From Lytechinus pictus (taxonomy: Eukaryota), in the NCBI RefSeq assembly GCF_037042905.1, contig NC_087251.1, forward strand, positions 21,826,001-21,890,000: a DNA stretch of 64,000 nucleotides, in the 5' to 3' direction. The position numbers and the translations under genes are program-made. The notes under the pieces are model-generated. The model searched no databases. It was not told the DNA's origin and saw only the letters and a program-made list of their open reading frames with translations. Shown one piece after another: positions 50,830-62,685 of this stretch; the first letter of the stretch is position 1; every line of letters starts with the position of its first letter.

Positions 50830-51328
50830 TTTATTAGCCTTTCTAAAAGTTATTAAAATAGGTGTAGGCCAAGAGTGTTAGGTCAAAATAGGCTTAAACA
50901 TACAAAATCATGGTAACAAGGTGTGTTTTTTAAATAGGTCCAGGAATATGTCTAGAGTAACATACTAAAAGTCCTCATATATCCTCCTTGAGCGTTTTCC
51001 ATAATCCAAGATGGTGTCCAAAATGGTTGCTGATTCTTGAATTTCTCATAACTTTTTTATTAGAAAACCCCAAATAAAAATTTATAAGTCGAGATGTATG
51101 TTTCGAGACATAGGGAACTCAATAAAATACTTAGTAAGAGATTTTGGAACATGCAAATTGCAATACAACTGCTTGAGACCTTCCTTGAATTAAAAAAAAA
51201 TAGCGCCCAAAATGGCAGTGATTTCCATTTTTTCAAAATTGTAAACAGATATGTGTTGAATATAATCAAGAGTGCAGACTAAACTAGAGGCATTATAATA
51301 TCAATGTTTCAGCTGCTCATGGACTATG
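50830..51328. mobile_element. DNA transposon remnant with CAAGATGG/CAAAATGG repeats, ending GCTCATGGACTA (Academ-like TAG terminus)
   Basis: Repeated CCAAGATGG/CCAAAATGG motifs; the terminus resembles that at 52678-52688. The superfamily call is tentative. Confidence 0.4.
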
Positions 51329-51538
51329 AATATACTAGGCCTATAAATTGAAAATATGAAGAAAAACAAAACAGCCGGCATATTAGTATCGTTTAATTCA
51401 GACAGAACTTCTGGGTTTTAAAGTCTATTTATTTTTATTGATTTATTTACTTAAGTTTTCTTTTACCAGGGTAGCATGTTTAGTTAGGCAAACAAGAATT
51501 ACAAGAGGGCCCTGGGAATTTTAAAAAGACATAAAAAC

Positions 51539-52195
51539 ATATTTCGACGGCGGTCATCCGAACCATTGTATCACACATATGACGGTGCAAACCCATCTCA
51601 GAGAAAATAGACTTCAAAGTTTACTATAATTTTAACCAGCCTTTAACAAAATTTTCATCGCTTGAAATTCATGGTTGGATAGACAAAGACAATTGCTTGA
51701 CATTGGTATCCTTATTTTTACACAAAACTAAGGATCAGAGAAAATATCGCAAAACAGCTACATGCTTTAATTTCGGTTTGAGCGGCTTAGATTTTCCCTG
51801 TACAAAAATGCCGTAGGGAAAAAGGGATACAACGTTTTGACTGACCGCAATTCCAATGCGCGCGATCAGTCAAAATGTATCGCTTTTCACACACAAAGTC
51901 AATGCAGTGCCTAGTGCCGATATATTTTGGCTGACCGCGTGCATTGAAATTGCGGTCAGTCAAAATGTATTGCTCTGTTACAGTACACGTTTCCAATGGC
52001 ATGTGCGCATTTTATTGAAAATTTGTGTGGCATCGCAGTGAAAATCATCTCATATCTCAAAAACTTAAATAAATTTCTGCATAGAATTTAGTTATGAATA
52101 GGACTTGTACTTTCATTCTCTGCAAAAATCTCAAAATAAATTTTTTTTAAACCAAAATTGACTGATAAGATGGTTCGGATGAATGCCAACAATAT
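51539..52195. mobile_element. MITE (~650 bp) with TCATCCGAACCAT-containing TIRs and an internal double palindrome
   Basis: ATATTTCGACGGCGGTCATCCGAACCAT versus ATGGTTCGGATGAATGCCAACAATAT; internal palindromic units at 51835-51875 and 51925-51965. Confidence 0.7.
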
Positions 52196-52329
52196 TCATA
52201 AATCAATTACAATAAATAGTCAAACACATCATACAGGTAAGTATTTAAGTATTTACTAACCTACTAACCTAATAAAGCTGTAACTTTATTAGGTTTTGAT
52301 TCCTTATATCTTGAAAGCAGGGTATATAT

Positions 52330-52688
52330 TTGTTTGCAGCTTGTCTGTCCAAAATTTTGATAGAAAGTACAAAATGGTGGCCATTGTGGGAGCCATTTTG
52401 GATTTCAGAAAGAGCCTAAGTGGTTTTATTGGTTTAAGTATTTTATTGGATTCCTTATGTCTCAAAAAATCTATTTAGACATTAGAGTGTGAATCGGGCT
52501 AGCTTCAGAATTTGGAGAAAAACAGGAAATGGCATTTTGGAAGCCATCTTGGATTACAGAAAACAATCAAGGAGGATTAATGAGGACATTTAGTGTGGTA
52601 TTCTATACATATCTTTGGACCTCTCCTGAAAAAACAACAACTAGCTTGTTACCAGAAATTTCCATATAATAACTAATGCTCATGGCCT
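52330..52688. mobile_element. DNA transposon remnant with GCCATTTTGG/GCCATCTTGG repeats, ending TGCTCATGGCCT
   Basis: AGCCATTTTGGATTTCAGAAA (~52391) and AGCCATCTTGGATTACAGAAA (~52542); the terminus resembles 51316-51327. Confidence 0.4.
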
Positions 52689-53009
52689 TGTGGGTGTTTT
52701 TCAAGTTGCCAATGCCATACATGAAAACACTATATCATGTGACTTTCATGTCACATGTATCTTTTTAAGATGCATATTCTCCACTTTGCCATTTAATTAA
52801 CTGGCACTTCTGAAACATTGAAAGGATAACTTGTAAAATTCATTTCAAAATGCTTGTGTTAGAGCCCAATTTAAAGGCTTCTTTATGATTTTACTTCTAT
52901 TTTTTTTTATTGAAATGGCATTTTGTGACAATCATATGCCTGTCTGTCTTTCCATTAATGCCTACAATCATTATATTGATTATTGTGGCATATGAACATC
53001 AAGATTGAC

Positions 53010-53331
53010 TTGACCTGAATTTTGGCGGGACCGGCAGGTGCAATACACCGGGTGAACACCTTACTCCTTGACGAATAGTGTATTGGTTTCAACGTGCATA
53101 GTTTGTGACTCTCCTACACACGGGACCAACTTTTGCGTCCTTCCCAATGGACAGAGTGTTTTCCAACTGAATTCACACCTGCACTAAATACAGCAGTGAG
53201 GCACGCTTACACACAATGCTATAGCATCATTTTTTTTTGTTAGACGTGTTTCGGCATGAGCGGGACTCGAACCACTCCCGTTGAGATCTATGATCCGAAA
53301 CATGCGCTCTAACTCACGGAGCTACGCTGCC
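53010..53331 (-). mobile_element. tRNA-derived SINE with a Deu/Nin-type central domain
   Basis: Minus-strand head GGCAGCGTAGCTCCGTGAGTTAGAGCG (A-box-like) and GGTTCGAGTCCC (B box). The body GGACGCAAAA..GGTCCCGTG...GCACGTTGAAACC..TACACTATTCGTCAAGGAGTAAGG....CCCGGTGT matches the recalled Deu/Nin-domain pattern. Confidence 0.75.
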
Positions 53332-54792
53332 TTGTTATATACCACACACTGCTCTCTATATTTCCATGATTTATGTATTTGAATTGTCTCTTCATTTGAG
53401 TCAGATAGTGAACACTCTGATTTTGTCAATAGTGGTACTACTTCTTGGGTAAAACTTCTGTGGTCATCACTCCAAAACTATGACGTCCTGTTGAAATCGA
53501 CATGTGGGCGATAGCATGCAGGCTTGAACGCTTGATATAACAGAACCTCTGAGATTTGCTTCCAATTTTCAGACTGGTTATCATGATGATTATTGGGAAC
53601 ATTCATAATGCATTCGTTGGAAATCTCTCTCTGCATTTATGTCATGCCGAGACAGGTGCGCAAGATGAAAAGATCATTGTGTGGCCAAGATATCAAGATG
53701 CAATTGGGTTTGCTGGTGCCTTCATGGGGTTGGCTTTCTAAGTCATTACCCCTTCTCCTTTCTTCCAGCTCTTTGTTCTTCATACACTTTAACCGTATTG
53801 AATAATGTAAATAGTCATTTATCAAGCAGTCCAGCTTGGTCTTCCATGTCTGTATTCATAGTATGCAATCTCATCTATTTTGCATAGTAAAAATGAAAAA
53901 AAAAAGACAGAACAACAATCAAGGAATCAAAAGAATATTGATTTTTGTCATGAAGAAAGTAGAATTTTCAGGTGGCCAGGAATATTGTGCTGCAAGCAGG
54001 TGAAGTTTATTTGTATAAGATATTTTTTCCAAGTGCATGTGACTTGGGCTGGACTGATGTTATTGAAGAGGTGTGTTAATTTCTTATTAAAGGGATGCAT
54101 AATTGATTTCCTTGCCATAGGTTTCTTGTTAAGGTGGATTGGGGTTATAGGTTATCATCCTTTTCTAATTATTTGCTGTGTCAAATTTCAAGATCAGTGT
54201 TTAACCATTTAGCATATAACAAACATTCAGACAAGAACATGACCATTTTTTAGAAATATCGTCATGGGAAATGTGCAAATAATTTTGAAGATTTTTCTCA
54301 CACTCTAGATTTTTTTAAATATTTGCTTACATGCTAATATTCAGAGATTTATTCTCATTTTGTAGATGAAAATAATACCTGCCTAAATTGTTCAAGATTC
54401 AGACAAGGACGACTGACTTCCTCATCTCGTAAAAATATACTCCCCAATCGTTTTAAATTGATGAAAGTTTTATATGAATTAGTGTTGATAACGTCTCCGC
54501 TCTCATATTAGAAGACTGTCAGTTTATTATCTTCTCATCCATCTTTTGGTGAGATAATCTTTAGTACTACCATCTCATCTTTTATGAGGATTATGTTAGT
54601 TATTGTTCCCATATTGATCAGTGATTATATGTGCATCACAGAACTAACCTTGTTAAGGCGGTATAGTGCTGCGTACGTGCAATTTTGTTGCCATACCCCC
54701 ATGTGCCGATATTTCCTCTCTTACATGTAGTCACTTGCACTTTGTCCTGTTTGTAAGAATTTCTTCAATTTCTTTTCCTGTCTCATACAGCG

Positions 54793-54954
54793 CACATTCT
54801 CAGAAATGTTTTAACCAACCTATTGGATTGGTGAACGCATTTACCTACCAACTGTTGTTGGTTAAGAAAAATCTCCATTAAATTTGCATGCAATTTTCTT
54901 TTAGCCAGCTGTTGGTTGTTTTAAGAAGCCTAACATTTTTTTACTGAGAGTGCA
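54793..54954. mobile_element. Small palindromic MITE (CACTCTCAG-like ends) with AACCAAC/GTTGGTT repeats
   Basis: GCACATTCTCAGAAATGTT versus AACATTTTTTTACTGAGAGTGCA; internal inverted TTAACCAAC / GTTGGTTAA. Confidence 0.5.
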
Positions 54955-56956
54955 CCTCAATCTGCCATGAAAACATTCTGCTATGCATATTTGAATGTAC
55001 ATGTAACAGAGTTCATTCTTTGAAATGTAAAGATAAACACCGTATTTCATAAAAGTGTTTGTAAAGTTGGGAATAACTTTATAATCAACTGAGATATAGA
55101 TTGGCCTATTGTGAAATCATTGTTTCAAAATCAATTTCAATTTTGTAACGCTTCTATTAATATTTCTTGTTTTGTGTTTTTCCTGTCCTTTATATCCATA
55201 TCTCTATTTCACCCCCTTTTTTCTTTATTTCTCTTTTCTCTGTCCTTTTCATCTATCACTTCCAACATCCCTTCTCTGCCATTTGTTTAGCAGCTTGGTA
55301 GTTTCTAGCACCTTTAATATTTTTATTTCTATTCTTGGTTCTATGTTTTAATGTGTCAATGTAAGCTTGATGTCATACTCTCTCAGAATGCAATCTTGCC
55401 CAAATGACCTAGGCCTACTTTTCTCTCTATCCATTTCTTTAATCCAATCTCATAGTTTCTCCTTTTATTTCTGTGTCTGTTCTCCATGAAAATATGTAAA
55501 CTGAACAATCTTAGAATTATTTTAAGTGCACATTTGATTAAAAAGGTATAACAATAAAAGTAATCAATTTTTGTAAAATCCAAAATATCTGCATCTTACA
55601 TTGGCAATTTTCTCATGCTTATAATGTGACACACTGAAATGTAAACAAATATTTTTGAGAATTGTAAATCTATAGCTTCTTTCTCCTTTTAAGACAACAC
55701 ATTTGTGGAGTTGAGAATAAACAAAATTCTTAGTAATTTTCAACGTGAGTTTTTCTGATCTGTCGTTAGCGATGGAGCCTTTAGGTTTTAATCATTTGCA
55801 TGCGAAACTAGTATTGAGGGAAAAATCGTTATAATGATTTTCTTTCAATCTAGTCATCTTTATCACACCATAGATATAGGTAAGAATTCTAAAAGATAGG
55901 CACTTCAGTCATTTATTGATATGAAGGAGAAAAATAATTATTATGATTGTTCCTTGACTCCATTTCAATCTATTATCTCAGCCTTCTCTCTTCCCCTTCC
56001 CTTCAATCAACCTTCTTTTCTTTATAACATTTCCAGCCCCTCTTTCAGTGTGTCATCTGAACTTTAAAGATTCAGTTCCGCAGAAAATGCATTTAAGATT
56101 GCGATCTCTTTCCGGCTCTAGCGATGTAGCCTCAGAAGTCTGTCCAGGAATGCCAACAAGCTTTATGGTTTGCAGCCTAGCTTACCATTGTTAGCCGTTC
56201 TTTTCAGTAACAGTAGGGAAAGGGCGGAAGATTCTCTTCATTGAAAGGACGATATCCACTAATAAAAACATTGAAATGCCCTCCACTGTTTAAATGTCAT
56301 ATCGAGTTAAAATTAAGTTGTAGCTACTTTATTGCAATATCATTCTCACCTTTTACTGGTCATCTAGTATTTACACTTGAAGGATCCTTCTCTTTGAAAG
56401 GGGTTATTTTTAAATGGAGTATGAACTTATTGAAATGTATCAAATGGCAAGTCCCTGTTTCATATGAGCTTTAAATAATAGCTTTAGAAATTCTTAGTCC
56501 TTTCAATATCAAGTGTCACTGGCTTCTGGGTCGTAGTATATTTACATTCTATATTAAAAAAATAATTGTAAGAATGTAATATGATGTTTAATTTTTGAGA
56601 ATTAAACATGCTTGTCTTTCTCCAGAGATTAATGTATAATAATTTATGTATTGTGTTTGTTTGTGTTTTTTTTTTTTGCTCTTTACCTTAAAATCTCCCT
56701 TTTATGTCTTTTTTTCATACACGCTTTTCTGAACGCTTTCTCCGTTCCCTCTATTTTGTTACATAAACAGATTTCATGCTTATATATTGCATATAATTAT
56801 AAACTCAATATTTTTTTTATTATCTCTTCTCTTCTTACATGCTATCCATGCTGCCTGTTGCTGTTCTCTTACTATATAGGTAAGTAATTTCAGATTCTGG
56901 TAAAAATTTGAAGCCCCCTTATAAACAACTAATACAAAAAAATTATATATAGTATG

Positions 56957-57239
56957 CATTGGCATACAGATGGGGGAAAGCTTTGGGGCCGTGGATTCCC
57001 CCCCCCCCCCAAGAAAAAAAAAAAATTCACAACCCCCCAAAAAAAAGAAAGAGAGAGAAAAGGAAAGACATAAGGGCAAATATGATAGTATTTTCTGAAT
57101 ATTATAACAAAATTACAAAGTTAGTGTTTTGTAATAAGAATTTATTGGGTTTTTTTTTTTGCTCACAACTTCTTTTTACAAATGTTGCCCAATACATCAT
57201 ATCTAGCCCTCTCAAAATTTGTGGCTCATTACACCACTG
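56957..57239. mobile_element. hAT-type MITE with an 8-bp TSD
   Basis: Ends CATTGGCATA / TACACCACTG; flanks ATAGTATG (56949-56956) and ATAGCATG (57240-57247); shares a module with 60064-61639. Confidence 0.8.
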
Positions 57240-57529
57240 ATAGCATGTTACGATAACCAAAATTGATTTACTCAATTTTGTAATGGGATCACATATATTA
57301 CTATTCCTGCCCATTAATGTTTGATATAGTTACCGGTATACTGAATTGGCAGTCCAATAAATATACTTTTATCAAGTGATTTTGATGGATAGGAATTAGA
57401 TGGAAGGGCTTGATCATGCATGTGTTGTCATTGTTAGAAGTGGTGGTTTGGTTGAGGAAGGCAAGTAAGGTACATTTGTATGTGGTGAAGAGGGATGATT
57501 GGCACATTAAAAAAAAAATTCTAAGCTCA

Positions 57530-57697
57530 AGGAGGAGGGGACAGCCAAAGAAGACATGAAAGAAGCAAGAAGAGGAGGAGGGTAGTTGGCTTAGGATGGA
57601 GGATGTAATGAATCATGTAAAGCCTAGGGAGGAGTAAAGATGATTCCCGTGAGTGTTTTGTGAATTCAGCCACCCCCATTCTGTGGGAACTAAACCA
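57530..57697 (+). mobile_element. 3' end of a degenerate RTE-clade LINE
   Basis: Translates from 57530 as RRRGQPKKT*KKQEEEEGSWLRMEDVMNHVKPRE, then with frameshifts GVKMIP...VNSATP. This matches the recalled RTE C-terminal pattern RxRGRPKKTW...GL..EDA.NR..WR. Confidence 0.65.
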
Positions 57698-57699
57698 GG

Positions 57700-57830
57700 G
57701 CCTGTTTCACGAAGAGTTACAACTATAGTAACTTTGCCATTATGTCCTGTACCATGTAAATTTTGATTGTAAATGCCTGCTGAGCCCTGTTACCATGGAA
57801 GTTGCCATAATTGCAAAGTTACAACAGTTA
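57700..57830. mobile_element. Palindromic MITE (CAG|GGCCTGTTTCA start) lacking its right terminus
   Basis: GTAACTTTGC.ATTATG versus CATAATTGCAAAGTTAC inverted pair. Similar left ends occur at ~1548 and ~2948. Confidence 0.55.
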
Positions 57831-58134
57831 TGCTATGGTAACGCTCTCAGTTGGGTGACATGTTTGGTGTGAAATTCGAAACTGCAGTGTAAACATTCCG
57901 CAGTGTGTAGAGTAGTGCACTCAAAATGTGCGAAGATCGCTTCCCGAAGAACAGTTGTGTCCTCATTTACGCTAAAACCAGTTTAACGAGGCAAAGTGAT
58001 CTTGAAAACTACATCGCGATTTGGTTTTCCAAACTGGTTTGGATGATCGCTTGCAAGACAGCTTCGACCGTTCTCATTACACGTTAAACTATTTTCTACT
58101 AAACTAGTTTTAGGGTGGTAATGAGAACGGGGTC
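57830..58134 (-). mobile_element. Truncated, inverted second copy of the 8029-8430 MITE family
   Basis: Ends GTAATGAGAACGGGGTC|TAA. The interior is the reverse complement of 8100-8290 (TGCCTCGTTAAACT, ATGAGGACACA, GTTCTTCGGGAA). Confidence 0.8.
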
Positions 58135-59264
58135 TAATTACCACCAATTACTCAACAAGGAATTTTTGTGACATGTACCTCTCATTAAGCTAAATGTAGA
58201 AGTTATACATGTATAACTGATTAAAAGGTACCTGGTTTGAGACCTAGGTAATTTTTTTTCAGATTGTGACATTTAAATTTGGTCCCCAGATGTATTGTAA
58301 GCAATCGTATCTGATTTAAATCCATCCATAAACCCAATTACTCTCACACACACAGGGCTGTCCCTGCACACAAACAAACAAACATAAAAATGGATGGGAA
58401 TTAAGAATGCAATCGATTGTGATACAGTATTAACAAGGTATTCATGCTATCGGATTTAAATGCCACACTTAGCCTAAGTCAGAATTTCTGCAATTTCAAT
58501 TTGTTTAAGCACACATTCTTTCCTGTCATCTTGTTTTCATACAGCTGTAATATTTATTATTGCATTGCCCTTAAAGATGTACATTACTCTCCATTTTAGC
58601 TTTGAACAAATACCTATTAAAAATTTGAAATAAATAGATATAAAATAAAAAAAGCTTAATCATTTGAAATTTGCTTGTCATTTTATAATGTCAACTCTGT
58701 GCCATCTAATGTCGACTGAGTTCATAATAGCACAAATTTAGAATTTAATTTTATAATCTTAGTTATCAAGTTTCTTTCATTATTATACTGTAACTTACAG
58801 TATAATAATGAAAGTGGTGGGCTATACAGGATGAAAAAATGTTATTGTTTCAAATCACAGATAGGAACAATTCCATAGGTACAGTTTGTGCTCATGAGCA
58901 TTTTGACACCTTTTTTGGAAAAATCGGTCAAACATTGACGGGGTGCCACACCAAAAAACAATTTGGGGCAAAAAGGTCGTTGACCCCATTTCATTTTTGT
59001 CAAAATTGTATATCTCGTTTTTTTGCATACATGTAAGCTATTTTAAAGATTTTGTGTGAATTTCCATGTAAAAAGATCAGTAAAAATCTAAAACATTACC
59101 ATTCTACTGTATAGCACACCACTACTGCAAGAGGTAAAAATTGCATGCCTTTAAAACATTAATATTACAATTACCAGTATCAAAGACACCTAAGATAAAA
59201 ATATCACAATTATTCAGATGAAATTCAACAGTTGAAATGTGGCTTTTGATGTGAATTCACCTTA

Positions 59265-59375
59265 AGCCCCTTTCACAATTGGTGGTGCGAGTGCTTACAA
59301 TCGTTGCTATCGTGTGTAACATATATTGTGACCAAATGATCGCAAACGATCGCAAGAGCAATTGTGAAAGCCCCT
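59265..59375. mobile_element. 111-bp PIF/Harbinger (Tourist-like) MITE
   Basis: TIR core CTTTCACAATTG / CAATTGTGAAAG; TTA on both sides (59262-59264 and 59376-59378). Confidence 0.8.
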
Positions 59376-60063
59376 TTACTGTAGTCATGAAAAGCTTTAA
59401 GAATGTACTTCTCTCATTGCTCTGTTCTTTGAAATGGTAATAGGGGAAATTCCGTTGATCTAGAGATCTACTGCATACCTTCCATACCACCAAGACCGAG
59501 GAGGACCAGCCTTAATTAAAGCCTGTAGCAACGAACTTGGAAGTCCTTTCATACCACAAACCCAGGACAACCCTTGGTCATTCAATGCAGCCTTGCAAAC
59601 ATTACCCCCACACCTCATAAATGCAGTGATGGATCCAGGCAGGGGGCACAAGGTGTGCATGCCCCCTCTATATATGAGATTTGCACATTCAACATATATT
59701 TTGATATCCTTGATCTACCTTTGCATCGTGTTAGTGCATGTGTCAGTTCTAGGCTTTAGGCCGATGGTATCCTTTTATCATGTTGTTCGTATGTCAGGCT
59801 TGACAATGTTGGGTCAGGTCTACCCTAATCTGCCTTATATACAAGTAAGCTAGCACATCGATGATCAAGGTGGACTGACTCTGACCAAGGAAGATAGGGC
59901 CCGATGCCCTCACCATTTTTCTTTCGAAGCCAGACTGACCAAGCCAAAAATTGAGTTGGTTAGGCCTGATTGAGTCGATAGATAGGCAGTGAGAACCCAG
60001 CATGAAAATTGTAGCTTCTAGCAGCAGATGTTTGTAAAGCGATAACCTCCACCCACCCCACTC

Positions 60064-61639
60064 CAGTGGCGTAACAGGCGGGGGGGCAGGGGGGGCAAGC
60101 TGCCCCCCCCCTGGCGGAGCTCACCGGGAAAAAAAAAAAACGGGAAAAAGAAAAAAAAGGGGGGAAGAAAGGGAAAGGAAAGAAAAAAGGGGAAAGGGGA
60201 AAGCAAAAGGGAAAAGAAAACTAAGAAAAAACATAAAAAAGGGAAAACGGAAAGATAACGGGGAAAAGGAAGGAAAACAGAACAAGTGAGAAAGAACAAT
60301 TCGCCCCGATATACAGATACATTAGCATGATTAGTAAGACAGGGAAATAAATTAAAGATGACAAAAAGGCAAACAAAAGCGGGAAAAAAAGGCAGAATGG
60401 AATTAGCCAGAATCTAAATTGGAAAATAAAGAATAGGGACAAGATAACGTACACTACCGGGCTGCCGAGGATTGAGATAACGAGCGGGAAGAAAAATGGA
60501 TGGTATATAGCATAATGTCGTATGAAAGTCTATCATAAACTTGCTAAATCTCCAAAGGCTCTGTCCAAGAGTCAAGACCCCGTGCAGTGGGGGCTCTTCA
60601 TCTGTAACCTTTAATGGGTTCTATAACGGGCCCCTATATGGACCCTTCCTGCATCAAGCTTTACGTTGAAGCACTGGCGTACCGGGGGGTGGTTCCACAG
60701 CCAAGGGGAAATAAAAGAAAATAAAGGAGGCAGCGAAATGAGATGAATGAAAAAAAATATATGACATGATATTTGCTATAATGATGTAAAAATCTATCAC
60801 ATAATTAGAATTTGATTTTAACAGGCCATTTTTTTTTCTGGCTCGCTGGCGACTTTTTACAAATTTTCCCACATTTGCTATGGTGTGCCCCTCACAATAT
60901 TTGGATGATTACGATACACAACTGCATTGAATTTATGTGTTGTGTTAAAGCTATATAGATATACACGCAATTTGATTAAAATAAGTGGCCATCTGTAAGG
61001 TTTAAAATGGCTTTGATATCAAGAGGTTCCGGGGCTCTGCCCTGGACCCCACCCATAAAGCACTGTTATATGGATGAGTTTGGACCATGGCCCCCAAAAG
61101 TTCTACAACCAAACAAAAAAAAATGAGGAAAGAAAGGAAAGTGTATTATATTTTTCTGAATATCACGTTAAAATCTATCTTCATGTTAGATTCTCATGAA
61201 AAGGAGATTTTTTATCTCGCTCGCATCGCTCGCTCGGGACCTATATTAAGCTACTTCTTGCCAGAAGCGCCATACTCAGCCCCCTCGAGCATATAGAGCT
61301 TCGCCCTCATGCTCACAATCATAACAAAAATCCTGTTCACTGTGGCGTACAAAAAAGAGAGAAAAAAGGAAAGAGAGAAGGGTGAATATGATATCATCTT
61401 TTTAACATTATGTCAAAATCTATCACAAAATTTTATCACAATCTATCACAAGATTTTTGCAATAAAAATGTCAAAATTTTTTGCTCGCTCGCTTTTATAT
61501 ACATATATTTATATTTGCCCGATACGCCATATCGCCCCCTCAAAATGTTTGCCTTATGACGCCATTGCCTGTTCCATGATATGACCGGGAAAGTTTTGAC
61601 TCTTGCCCCCCCTGGCCACCGACCCCTGTTACGCCGCTG
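60064..61639. mobile_element. 1576-bp composite non-autonomous hAT element with a perfect 8-bp TSD
   Basis: TIRs CAGTGGCGTAACAGG / CCTGTTACGCCGCTG; TSD CCCCACTC at 60056-60063 and 61640-61647; no transposase ORF; purine-rich tract at 60128-60300. Confidence 0.92.
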
Positions 61640-62239
61640 CCCCACTCAGTTCCCATCAAGTGTCCTTCCATCTCTTCAAACATCAATCTTCCAAGCTACC
61701 AGACACACGAGGATGATGGATGCTCCTCACATCCCTGTAGCTTGCCGTTGCCATGGTAATGATTTGATGGCAACATCTTGTAGGTATCTGTGACCCCTCA
61801 TGGGTCCATTGTCATTGCATCATACGATCTGTTAGAAAGGTGGTATCATTGATTTGGAAGGGTGCCTGCACAGCCACCTTCATAGGGCAAGGTCCTGACG
61901 GGCAGTCATCCGAGATTGTTACCCTGCTGTCACTTTGAATATTCATCATGTTCTCAGGGATTTGCAATGAATAGATAGCGCAAAAGCTCCTTATAAAAGT
62001 CACCATCCTTAGGCTCCTCTGCTCATCAGCATTTCAGAACGTCGTGACATTTTGATACATCCACAAGAGGAGTTGGAGTCCTGATTGATTTGTCGTAGAA
62101 TGTCGGGAAGAGATTGATTCATGAGAGTTTGAAATACAGAGAACTGATTGATTCTATAGAGAAATATGTGATATATGTCATTCAGCTTAATGCAATGTAG
62201 AATGAGCCAAACATTTTCAGAGGGCTAAACATGGCGTAT

Positions 62240-62377
62240 CGAGCAAAATTTTTTAAAAGCTACGAGCAAGTAAAAAACTTGACCTTTTTCATAAAAAACA
62301 TGAATTTTGTGATAGATTGTGACATAATAATATAACAATTAACATATACCATATTTTACCCTTTTTCCCTTTTCCTA
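62240..62377 (-). mobile_element. Inverted fragment of the internal module of the hAT family above
   Basis: The reverse complement reads AGGAAAAGGGAAAAAGGGTAAAATATG...TATGTCACAATCTATCACAAAATT...TTTTGCTCG, as in 61365-61492. Confidence 0.65.
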
Positions 62378-62409
62378 CTGTGCATATGAAAGAAAACGTA
62401 ATGCTTGAA

Positions 62410-62685
62410 TATTGTCCCATAATGTGTTCAGAATCATGAAATACAGGACAAAATGGCATCCCTGACATGGTCGTGGGACACGGGACAAATTGCTGAAATA
62501 CAGAAATGTCTCTTGAAATCTGGGACATATGGGGAGCGTTTCATCAACATTTTTGTCCAACAAGTTGTCAGGTCGGACAACTTTCCTTGGTGTTGATTGG
62601 CTAAGACGCTCTGTTACCCTGGATGGGACTTGTCGGATAAAACATCTGACAAGTCCTTTCATGAAACGTTCCCCTGGTCAACCTG
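62410..62685. mobile_element. hAT-like non-autonomous element end with GGGACA repeats, interrupted by the MITE at 62532-62673
   Basis: Repeated GGGACA/GGACA and GAAATAC motifs. Removing the MITE restores a terminus ...TCTGGGACAT(A/C)TGGTCAACCTG. Confidence 0.55.
62532..62673. mobile_element. Second copy of the GGGAGCGTTTCAT MITE, inserted into the end of a hAT-like element
   Basis: TIRs GGGAGCGTTTCAT / ATGAAACGTTCCC, flanks ATG / CTG, and homology to 6222-6378. Confidence 0.8.

Noticed and set aside
53255..53331. tRNA-like sequence on the minus strand
   Set aside because: It has Pol III boxes but no proper cloverleaf and continues into a SINE body, so it is a SINE head and not a tRNA gene.
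58827..59109. TA-CAG...CTG-TA bounded segment as a Tc1/mariner MITE
   Set aside because: The ends pair too weakly beyond the first few bases to support a call.
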